This document shows positions 55,701 through 61,525 of a stretch of 64,000 nt of DNA, one piece after another. Each line of letters begins with the position of its first letter. Position 1 is the stretch's first letter. Location of the stretch: positions 192,001 to 256,000 of the forward strand of contig JBPOGI010000007.1 in the NCBI GenBank assembly GCA_051251855.1, given 5' to 3'. Under the pieces are notes generated by a model, which did not search any database, was not told the origin of the DNA, and saw nothing but the letters and a program-made list of their open reading frames with translations. This DNA is from Roseibacillus sp. Its GTDB lineage: Bacteria; Verrucomicrobiota; Verrucomicrobiia; Verrucomicrobiales; Akkermansiaceae. A program made the position numbers and the translations under genes.

Positions 55701-58474
55701 ACAGAAGTCGCGGTGCCAACGTTGCGGTAGTTGACCTCGTAGGTCACTTCGTCACCAGTGCCAATGACGTTCAGGACATCGTCCTTGTTCGCTTGGAGGA
55801 GTGGAGTTCCCGAAACAATACCACTGGTCTGAATACTTGCTTCAAAGGGAGAACAAAGGTCATCGAAGCCAGTCAGGTTCGCAGCCACAGAGTAAACCGA
55901 AAGGTTTTCAGTTCCGTTCGGGAAACCAAGCTCCATCGTAATGGTCGCTTCCTCACCCGGTGACAACTGACGACCCAACTGAAGAGTCACGTTTCCGTTG
56001 ATGGGATTGAAGTTCGTAATCGTTCCCCCGTCCACCCCTTGAATAGAGGGATATGTGGCAACTCCATTCACGCTCACAGTCGTGAGCTGGAGGTCGACGT
56101 TCACATCACTGAACGCCTCCAAACCAACCAATCCCGAATCCACTGACTCGTTTCTAACAGTCAAAGAATACTCCGCGACCCCTGGAATCACAGTGACTGG
56201 AGTCACGCTCGCCGCTTCAGAGTCGATGTAGAATTCACCCTGAGGAGGCTTCACCCGGGTAAGGTCATCATTCTTGTAAGTAAAAGGATTAGTGAGAACC
56301 TGCAGGGTTCCGTCCGTCTTCCGGTAGACGTCAACCAAGCCCCAGTTCTCGATCCAATACTCCGAACAAGGATCGGTCGGAGCGGTCACGATGGTGTTGA
56401 AAGCTGCGTAAACACGCGAACCCGGGTCGCTTGCAAAATCAATAAAGGAAGGCATCGAAGGATGATGCACTGCCACCCAAGTTACTGTTGCGGGCTGAGT
56501 TTGGCTCCAATCGGCAGGTGTGCCGCTTGGCAGAGCCGAATAATCGAAGACAGGGTGAATCTCAGGGTCGTCATAGGTCGGATCAGTGCCCACATAGAAC
56601 CAAACCGTCGCCCCTTCCGCAGCTGTAATGTCTTCCTTACTACGGCGATTATGAAGAGAGGCCGAGACGAACTCGACTTCAGCGGGAATGCGGTCGAAAT
56701 AGACGACATCATTGAGCTCAATGACTCCGCAGTTCGTATTATAAAGACGATACTCAACCGGGTCCCCTGCGACAACGGGAACCACACCATCAATGTCCAA
56801 ACCACAGGGAACGTCCTGCTCCTTGGGCAAATAGTGTGGGAAATAACCAAACTTACAAAAACAACCACCGATAGGCACATCGACAATCATGGGGAGTTCG
56901 TCGGTCAGCAGCTCAGTCTGATCGGAATCAAGTCCCGCGGTATTGGTGAACTCAGTGAGCTGGGGAATATCAGAAGCCAGGTCGACCTTGAATTCAATTT
57001 GGTAACCATCCCCCACTTCCAAGGTCCCAAAGTCCCAGTAAACACTCTGCGCCGGAACTTCTGTGGTATGAACCGTCGTGGCTGTCGAGGTGAAGACCGC
57101 AGGGATGACCGTTGTGGTGCCATCAGCATTGAACTTAGTCGCGGAGAACGTGTGACCAGGGTTGGTTGGATTGAGCAAATACGAATCGCTCGTGTCGCCA
57201 TCTCCATTAGGATCGATGAGACCGGAGAGGTCATCGTAAATGACGGTGTTATACATGCGGGAGCGGTTTTGCTCATCGTAGTCGTTGCCATCAACAGGGC
57301 CAAAGGGATCGCGGATGCGGAAGGTCAAAGTGTCACTCACACCCGGGCTATCCCGAGCAATCACGTAGTTTTCACCATTGAGTCCAAAGACGCGGGTAAC
57401 CCCGGGAGCCGCAAGCGTCGCGCCTGCCTTGGTCATGTTCGGAGCAGGCTCAGAAGTAATGATCGTCTCGACGGGAGCCGCCACTTTATCATCACCATTG
57501 TCCACATGGACGTTGGCATTGTTCTCATAAACGGTGCCATTCAAGGTTCCGTTAGGAGCCTCGACAAACAACTGAAGAACGAGAGAATTTCCAGCCTCAA
57601 CCTCATCAAAATACCAAACCACCGAATTGTCCGGGAACTCGGTCATTCCATCTGGGTAAGAAGGAAGCGGATCACCCGTGGCGGCATCAGTTGTTCCATC
57701 CGCGGTAAAGATTCCCCCATCTGAAATCTGGCCAATGATGGGCTCGTCCGCTTGACCGTAGTCGGTGGGATAATCAATCCCCCGTCCATTCATAGGCAGC
57801 GTGTCCCAAACGATCACATTCTGTGCATCGACAAAGTTAGCCGAAAGGCGAACCTGATAAGGAAACTGAACCCCAGCCGGAATGGTCTCCACCGTCTTCT
57901 TATCGAAGAGAAGCACCGTCTGAGGGTTCCAAGTCACCATCATCTCACGCACCACTGGCGCCGTCGCCCCCCGCGTGTGGTCTACTCGCACCTGAATCTC
58001 TGGATAAGCCACTGCATCCAAACCACTGATATCCAAACACCCCTCGGAGTCAAAGTTAGACATATCAAGGTCAATGAACCCCGTGATGGGAGAACCCGTG
58101 CTCACGTCCAGGAGAGTGACGTCCAAGGCATCATTTGTGCCATAGCTCGCATCCAGACAAAGCTTGTCCCAAGCATCGAAACTCGGCGGCGTGATAATTA
58201 CCGAAGTCTGCGAACCTGCCGCCTGACCGGAAACCAAACTCGCGGTGCCCGCAAAGACATCCACGGCCACATTACTCAGCACATTCGTGCCGAGCTCATC
58301 ATTAAAGGTATTCGTCCAAGTTCCTTCGTTGTTGTCAACGGTTGGAGCAGCCTGCAACTGTAATGCGGAGGTCCCCAAGCACATCACCAGCGAAAGGGCA
58401 CTGAGAAACTTTTTTTTGAAGGGGGCTATTGGGGACAGATTGGGTGAGCTCAAGATCGGTTTCGTAAAGGGCAT
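43784..58474 (-). CDS. Giant (4896 aa) surface adhesin-like protein: DUF11 repeats, fibrinogen-like and FG-GAP modules, SdrD B-like repeats, conserved C-terminal region
   Basis: Signal-like N-terminus; DUF11 (ITFTLLVANRG..DVVITDTLP); YVDGDTDGGGWLMILNY; GD.NGDGIPDLAVGA repeats; about ten SIGD.VW.D.DGDG...DFG repeats. Confidence 0.88.
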   Translation of the reverse strand: MPFTKPILSSPNLSPIAPFKKKFLSALSLVMCLGTSALQLQAAPTVDNNEGTWTNTFNDELGTNVLSNVAVDVFAGTASLVSGQAAGSQTSVIITPPSFDAWDKLCLDASYGTNDALDVTLLDVSTGSPITGFIDLDMSNFDSEGCLDISGLDAVAYPEIQVRVDHTRGATAPVVREMMVTWNPQTVLLFDKKTVETIPAGVQFPYQVRLSANFVDAQNVIVWDTLPMNGRGIDYPTDYGQADEPIIGQISDGGIFTADGTTDAATGDPLPSYPDGMTEFPDNSVVWYFDEVEAGNSLVLQLFVEAPNGTLNGTVYENNANVHVDNGDDKVAAPVETIITSEPAPNMTKAGATLAAPGVTRVFGLNGENYVIARDSPGVSDTLTFRIRDPFGPVDGNDYDEQNRSRMYNTVIYDDLSGLIDPNGDGDTSDSYLLNPTNPGHTFSATKFNADGTTTVIPAVFTSTATTVHTTEVPAQSVYWDFGTLEVGDGYQIEFKVDLASDIPQLTEFTNTAGLDSDQTELLTDELPMIVDVPIGGCFCKFGYFPHYLPKEQDVPCGLDIDGVVPVVAGDPVEYRLYNTNCGVIELNDVVYFDRIPAEVEFVSASLHNRRSKEDITAAEGATVWFYVGTDPTYDDPEIHPVFDYSALPSGTPADWSQTQPATVTWVAVHHPSMPSFIDFASDPGSRVYAAFNTIVTAPTDPCSEYWIENWGLVDVYRKTDGTLQVLTNPFTYKNDDLTRVKPPQGEFYIDSEAASVTPVTVIPGVAEYSLTVRNESVDSGLVGLEAFSDVNVDLQLTTVSVNGVATYPSIQGVDGGTITNFNPINGNVTLQLGRQLSPGEEATITMELGFPNGTENLSVYSVAANLTGFDDLCSPFEASIQTSGIVSGTPLLQANKDDVLNVIGTGDEVTYEVNYRNVGTATSVNSWVVDRIPFRTTFSEATAPNGEEIWFTDKLPPSMPANQISVLNPVDFSVISANFTPGVQDDNGTPSDPSDDTWTSPFGDQTTWIAYKVDDPTLSPPQLDVSAAYKTVTFTVVNDDNGTTVGTDGSPEGTVIFNELVIFSDTNLQAVGNEVRTTVESFPGLQISKSSNKELVTAGERFIWNVDYINNSGFTDDIVTITDYLPKDVTLRRVRHEWNDVAIANGQTAGELDIKADPNVTITTNADGSSIVEVLIAGSPGLKSDLLTGEGGRVSFVVVPLSTTASGTEVLNTVQGFASNARSAVVVSDSDPVTVANPDLTLSKIASTTEPKNGDRITFTLLVANRGLNEANDVVITDTLPAGMTFVEGSTQMLTPGYAILDDPTGGDSVLNWTSLTQDGGAMGVLPGQSADVFISYQVDVSGAAGDTLTNVAEVTTSDVEDNEYGNTDEQEVVLPFPDPKITKSAVSVAQAGETVVWTISYSNGTNNEAPDVYIIDAIPSGLTFNSVLLPSGVVAYYSDAPAAPVFTPGTSGLGWSSTPTATVTFIAFEVGTVPANAGDSDILVSTSIPGGTAPGTAYTNTATISTSAQESDDPEDPTDGPNNNAATAMTQIPGVDMAIAKSASAEGSVPGLRPGDPITYTIELTNTGTQTAYGVKVEDVLPANFVPHPTAFNGFATVEATDDDGASVTLEDGTGSPVTFPISATLDNLSPAGGDTVTWYLGTTANAVDTDYYRNIGVPVGAIVTFTLQGYVSDAAADGDTVTNNTTLVVDNQTDADPAEDFLANNADEVSTRIYRPEISIGKSVVNESDQDETWTEAGEVLTYSIEYNNTGKAAADDVVISEVIPAGTSYVPGSLMVPDGATAIWSPNPSDPTGFEILFDNLPAPATFAGSNGFGTGTEYDPFTDIAGLGGVATGVYWFNIDGKSFQGYVDGDTDGGGWLMILNYVHAGGTNPELAVRTNDLPLFASNALGDDESASENWGHAGNGLAAALGFDTMLFQGRTSDHERVVNIRTTDDFMRGNDYVKTGTGDFNHFHYDGNWVGVPGHTANIPALATEENDDEGDYALTELPFYQDGVANWAIRANGDDWELDNVLGDDSADTIHRVFVRKEPAGSPGAVLCLEPLPKVEVESFLSEVSALDAGYDQHVAFDTNVDNDIPNVTDDRAHTRSHQVTYHAVGDIDNDGVIDYAVGSPFRDLDESNEMDLVNVNQGAVLINFMNADGSVKSSVEIAEGTAAASGLLAGLSAFDYFGYSLEPIGDVNGDGIPDLAVGAYGTNVGNVGRGAVYLLFLDTDGSLKDLKKIVSGTGGFVTASGVTGADDQGSVGIGRGLTYIEDFAGSGDSVLVAGDVSLDSSRGGYYFFWLERDINGHMTGDVTSFIKMQTARSAELSGYLDSGDLFGFDLSFVGDLDGNGAEDLVVGASSDDDGYTATGAAYIVLLETTGELKKVSKISNLTTPALALDANDNFGYGVAAVGDLDGDGLSEFAVSAANDDDITSSVNTSGNASNRGATYIFYPNADGTLREYCKLSPIEGNGYIFRQGQNGGQRMNSYDIDGDGILELFYGSQLNAGVNYSPGITNPTYVYDGMGGATATFGIVSQGSDATRPGVIVAKLRSGFEAYETIVTEDYPVVAAGTLTKWDRLLVSVEADDAVTTTFELRNAADTTTLFGPAELEDGFADISSIDIANSEMILRVTMTSTDESAMACFNSWRATYVVEEVPSFTFQVMVDDPAPVGQSTIDNTISIATSTPEIDDNTANNTAEDSINLRLTDLAVSKLVDTGAVKEGASETINYDIAWEVLGPQGALNAVVTDILPANTTYVSSSGSPTVDADYEGSGLTALIWNLGDQATGASGSFTVQVTETGGVAGDSLNNVVTIANDRQESDYDNNDDSALTVITDANGLANVWIEKVADTAVVDLYGGGSFTITYGNNGNGDAADVVISDTLPDGLVIQSATPGTLGSANDFSYNAGILTPGATGSVTVTFTVDQAYMTSNWQKTQVNIANIATTSAETDLGDNSDPAEVDVILEQLASLSGTVYHDDDRADGDAGADNLGNLDLTEAGIPGVTITLTGTDIFGNAVELTTVTDDDGNYSFAGINPGTYDVTETQPEGWFSTTTDAGDLVDTTASPSSTTADQGTAGSDTITGITLAGGERGVDFNFGEDLASLGDFVWIDGNGNGLQDPGESGVPGVTVRVYDAATDTVVGVTSTDAQGNYLFDDLLAGDYYVEFDYSTLPYGYGPTEQNADGDDTVADTNTDSDADVMTGRTQTVTLAAGDSDTDLDLGLIGPPVGTIGNYIWHDEDSNGYQDDGEPGLANVKVDLYDGDGNVVATTYTDADGGYLFTDLPAGEYYVNVDETTLPTGFTQSPFTNSGGDFGNQDDSDDPGAGDYGYPVLLGGTEPMDNSTADFGYNINPAGEVNDPTATAGAEVAALGDFIWIDADGDGIQDDGEAPVAGVEVSLYNDHDGDGVYDNLVGTTTTDSNGRYYFDGLVPDAYVVEVTDSATASHDILGSDYLQTGDPDHFAETDTAFSANDGKSEPIVLAPGDVFLNGDFGYQPEVTAPLGSIGDTVWNDLNGDGVEDAGEPGIGGVTVSLIDDLDGDGVWDVGEPIINTTTTASDGSYIFDNLPYDDYIVWVNDTDGVLSGLEQTYDADGVAGTPNLSATTIDAGTPDVDDQDFGYTSGEALGSIGDTVWGDLDSSGGDQSTQGNEPGLADVVVNLYADDDGDGLADDVNGDGSVDANDIIATTVTDSNGNYLFDGLPLGGYVVEVDTATLPAGYQTAATHDSDGNNDSSSPVLLTDVAPDNRAQDFSYPADGTLGAIGDTIWADDDSNGSQNAGEQGLPGITVNLYDVTGTILIATTVTDSNGNYLFPELPLGDYTVEVDTTTLPDGYDAAPTGDPENDGDSSSSVTVSSGTPVDLDQDFGYPPATVGEPVGSIGDTIYADLDGDGTQDANEPGLAGVTVTLTDGTETWTTVTDENGNYNFPNLDPDSGISYTVQVDTSTLPPEFSPVPTESGSDGGTDDSSTLSLDTTDATTRNDDAQDFGFQPAAETGSIGNYVWLDADGGADQNESDTGLPGVLVELYDEQGELIAVTETGPDGSYYFGGLPLDDGSGAAGADYTVKIADSNFDPGGVLEALDNTFDNDGGLDSESEVTLTSGAPDNVDQDFGYVSTDGGSIGTTIWNDVDGDGVLDGGEAGIEGVTVVLYRDIDGDGIVDSGDPAVGTTTTDANGEYLFDGLPFDDYIVVVTDDGNELDGYWHSVGPNPGTDGNSQEDGGYPVTIDSGNPDDDTADFGYYKDPAAIGNYVWFDSNNDGVQESGEPAIEGAVVTLTITYPDGTVVSLTDVTDTTGHYDFGNLLMDEDYNGDGAGAEPTYVLSVQTPTGTEPTVIESGTATSLTDSNDPAGAPAIAIQGQTATDQQADPSGEGANASYDFGFTSPKSGTYTEFQDTNDSALDHTSNPGTNDGLADNPDGDIYPNALEYAFCLNPGDGLPGHGEFCLTKAPDGSVTAQFMRRRGGLNDVTYTLQGAATLDTPTVWSDLSDITPTVNITDADVPVEAEKVIYSDIQNSTGPVTPQNGVVRMKVEIDVDGSETITPDEVFYSRTFGWQCNLFGDYQCLSFSSPFKEKPELSGTFGSGVLTLATDSETGDIILDVSDSVGNVDLSSVVGSNGEKYLQITSGLFEGHRFDILGGGIGTISLLNDSDIFDTAVASLNTLDGLPTDSGLNGASYEVIRYRTIDEVFDKTTTFAGEEDSNPADATRLLFYDVRKSDPGFETLMLVGTAPDTKWIRVTDPFAQVDQGGLRLDPSMGNWIHPKSSGDALAPATIPPVEQFTFGMVADYDQAAPMNEGFNLTGAMWPLDQSPAGANGRDLTLAAGFDGGASPTKSSELLFWKGDRVVDEVGVTEYKTGYLGYMLADAGPYNYWLDLNDSQLLNRDADLLIESHRAVMVKVLPGDDKRSHIYPLPQF

Positions 58475-58916
58475 ACTAAATCTTATATGATTACTTATTT
58501 ATCTTAACTAAAAGGAACCCCGCAATGAAGCCCAATCACCTCTCGAGCAACCCGATGACACAACTAACTCCAAACTGACGTAAAGTCTTAGCGACCAAGC
58601 CTTCCAGAAAAGGCAGCCCACATCCCTGTAAGGGCCTAGAAAACTCGTGCCTTGTTAGAGCAGAATGGCGAGGATTTGGTCACCCCCAGTATACCTACAC
58701 CTTTAAGTTAACTTTCAATCCTCTCTACTGAAGCGAGAGAAGGTTGAGCTCATCTTGAATGCCGGTTGAAGTCATCACTTTAAAGTGAGCGATCATCTCA
58801 CAACCAGCTCAAGCCAAACTCACAGGCCTCGTTAGAACCTGTTAGTCTTCTTTTGACTCCATAAGCAAAGACGGCCTAAACCACGCCTTCTGAAATGCAA
58901 CTGGGAACTCAAGGCC

Positions 58917-59654
58917 TCAGTAGCTACAACGCGAGAAACTTTTTCTCTTACGCCGAATGATGAGGAGGCTACCCACGGATACGAAGTATAGAACTGAACT
59001 GGGTTCAGGGACACTCTCAAAACTGTGAGTTTGAAGGTAAAACTCTTCTGCGCCACCGGTGGAGTTACCTCCACCAATCATATTGTTATTGATAGCTCCC
59101 CAAACAACCGTTTCCGCGTCTGGTAAATACCATTGTAACTCTTCCGCAAAACTCCCAGGGAATCCCCAATCAGGCACACTCTCGCTCGTGTAAAGTAGCC
59201 ACTCAGCATCACCTTCTGGTAAATCACCACTCCTCACGAAGACGTAGGCCTGCTCCCCAGCGGAAAAGGTATCGGTTGGGTCGGCATCTTCCGAATTGCT
59301 GGTTCGAGCACTAGATAAATCGGCCCGACCTCCAAAGATGGCCGTGCTCCCTTCCCCCGCGATAAAGGCATCATTGTCGGGAGTGTCGTCAACGGTGATT
59401 GCATCGAAAATTTTCCAGTGCATCAACCAATCATCAGTATTATCAGTCGTAGGGACAAAACCTCCGAAACTACCAAGTTCGAACTTGTATTCATCAAGCG
59501 TAATTGCCCCTCCATCACTCGTCAGAACATTTCCAAACTTCAATTCACTCCCCCAGACAATCACCTGAGTCGATTGACCTAAAACGGTAGGATGCACGAA
59601 TAGCGCCCAACAGACAGCCACTTTGAGTGAAGATAAACAAGTCTTAGGAACCAT
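58917..59654 (-). CDS. PEP-CTERM sorting domain protein
   Basis: VPEPSS + hydrophobic stretch + RRKRK; paralog of 60668..61411. Confidence 0.82.
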   Translation of the reverse strand: MVPKTCLSSLKVAVCWALFVHPTVLGQSTQVIVWGSELKFGNVLTSDGGAITLDEYKFELGSFGGFVPTTDNTDDWLMHWKIFDAITVDDTPDNDAFIAGEGSTAIFGGRADLSSARTSNSEDADPTDTFSAGEQAYVFVRSGDLPEGDAEWLLYTSESVPDWGFPGSFAEELQWYLPDAETVVWGAINNNMIGGGNSTGGAEEFYLQTHSFESVPEPSSVLYFVSVGSLLIIRRKRKSFSRCSY

Positions 59655-59734
59655 CTGAGAATCGTCACATAAGTTGACAATCAAAGCAAGTTTATCAATC
59701 GGGTGGCAGCTACCATTTTTGGCCTAAGCCAAGT

Positions 59735-60625
59735 CTATGGCATCAGTTCCACCCTGACTCGCCCAAAGCGGGTTGACCCTGCAGAAGACACCGAAGTGAG
59801 GTCCCGGTAGATGAGCTCCTCAGGATTGGAGCTCTGCAAAAAAACGAAAGCGTCCCCTTCATCCCAATCCAAGACATTCGAGCTGACCTGACCAAAGTAA
59901 AGGGCCTGAACTGCACGAGCCCTTTGGCAGCTAAACTGAAAGAATCCCGCAACTACCTTCCCTTCTAAACAGACTAGATTGGGTTGAGAAGGATTCCCTC
60001 CAAACGCAAATTCCTCAAGATTGGTCGAACCATCAGCATCCGGATCCGCATCCCATCCCGCAATCAGAGGATCCGATAGATCAGCATCGTCAAAGTTGAG
60101 TTGTAACCAGTGTTCACCAGTCAAAAGCGGTGGCTCACCGACAACAGCGGCCGTCTGTAACTCTGCCTCTTCGATGGCACCGACCACGATCAAATCAGCG
60201 TCGGAGGTGAACCAATTGACGTCAGGATTCAAGGGATTGTTGAACGGCACTACCCAGCTGTTAGCAGAAAAAAGAACCCACTCATTAGAAGGTAAGCTTC
60301 GGTTGAGTCCCCAGACGTAACCTTGCCGCCCCGTCGAAAGACCATCGTTGTCCCAGACCTTCCCAAAAAGTTGGGAGGAAGGTGAGTAGCCACTCACATC
60401 CAAAGTCGTCCATCGTCCTGACCACTCACTGCTATTGGAAGAGGTCGGAGTAAACCCATTATCGAAATATCCCAAGAAGAATGTCCATGACGAGTCCAAA
60501 CTCCCCCCCTGGCTATCAATTGCCGACGAGCCCAATTCGTTGCCCCATCGAACACCTCCAGCAAACAAAGGATTGACAAGAAGACAAACGACCAGAACGA
60601 GGATACGATGACTCCCTTGATTCAT
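59735..60625 (-). CDS. Secreted paralog with DPDxDG...FxRV C-terminal module
   Basis: Shares WG..IDS.G..LG.F..FTPTSSN..W..W with its neighbours; ends DADPDADGSTNLEEFAFGGNP...RFGRVRVE. Confidence 0.75.
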   Translation of the reverse strand: MNQGSHRILVLVVCLLVNPLFAGGVRWGNELGSSAIDSQGGSLDSSWTFFLGYFDNGFTPTSSNSSEWSGRWTTLDVSGYSPSSQLFGKVWDNDGLSTGRQGYVWGLNRSLPSNEWVLFSANSWVVPFNNPLNPDVNWFTSDADLIVVGAIEEAELQTAAVVGEPPLLTGEHWLQLNFDDADLSDPLIAGWDADPDADGSTNLEEFAFGGNPSQPNLVCLEGKVVAGFFQFSCQRARAVQALYFGQVSSNVLDWDEGDAFVFLQSSNPEELIYRDLTSVSSAGSTRFGRVRVELMP

Positions 60626-60667
60626 ACTGGGTTGTTAGCGAGAAGAACTCGTTAGCTTTACGGTTTA

Positions 60668-61411
60668 CTACTGCCCACGTTGACGGCGCAAGAGCATGAG
60701 AGAACTCAGGCTTACCAACAACGCGGTGGTAGGCTCGGGAACAAAAGTAAAAGTCTGCACCAGATAATCTTTCCCTGTGAAACTATGAACGCCGCCACCT
60801 TCGGTCGCACCTTGGTTAATCCCACCCCACACCACATTCTCGGCGTCTTGCACCCGCCAATCCAAGTCATCGGCTGGGTTATGGCTCTCTGGAGAGACGA
60901 AGGGAAATTGCCAACTGTCTCCGCCACCCGAACTGCGCGTGTATAGCAACCATTCTGATCCTGGAGCAGTAGCGTTACTATTTCGAATAAAGACGTAGGC
61001 TTGCTTCCCTTGCGCAAACTCATAGGACGAATTGACCATGGAGTCTCCTGAAAGAGAGTTGTTATCAGAAGTCAGAATATCACGTCCTCCAAATCGAGTA
61101 GGATCGCCAGGATTCAAAAAGTCAGCGCTATCTTCGTCGCTATCAACGATGGCATCAAAGACCCGCCATTCTCCAACCCAACTGGAAGTATTCGAGCTCG
61201 TTGGAGAGAAAGAGCCGTCGAAAGTACCCAACTCGATCGAGTATCCCCCATCGGTGAAGCTACCGTCACCCAAGGTTATGGGAGTACCATTGCTATCAAT
61301 GACCGAGCCCGGAGGAAAAATGTTAGAGCCCCAATCGATGGTCAACTCTTGACCAAGAGCAGAACCAGCTGAAAGCGCACTAATGAGACAAAAAATCTGA
61401 GGGAGTCGCAT
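60668..61411 (-). CDS. PEP-CTERM sorting domain protein
   Basis: Signal MRLPQIFCLISALSAGSALG; VPEPTT + hydrophobic stretch + RRQR. Confidence 0.85.
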   Translation of the reverse strand: MRLPQIFCLISALSAGSALGQELTIDWGSNIFPPGSVIDSNGTPITLGDGSFTDGGYSIELGTFDGSFSPTSSNTSSWVGEWRVFDAIVDSDEDSADFLNPGDPTRFGGRDILTSDNNSLSGDSMVNSSYEFAQGKQAYVFIRNSNATAPGSEWLLYTRSSGGGDSWQFPFVSPESHNPADDLDWRVQDAENVVWGGINQGATEGGGVHSFTGKDYLVQTFTFVPEPTTALLVSLSSLMLLRRQRGQ

Positions 61412-61525
61412 AATCTCCCCAAAGAATAGACAAGACTGATATTATGGGAAGGTTAATCTTTGTCCGTATTTCGCTCATTCTAACTCCCTGCAGGAGGAGG
61501 TCTTGAGCCCCTCCCCCCTTCCTAG

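Noticed and set aside
56462..57724. 420-aa plus-strand ORF and many other overlapping ORFs
   Set aside because: Antisense or alternative-frame artefacts of biased codon usage inside well-supported genes
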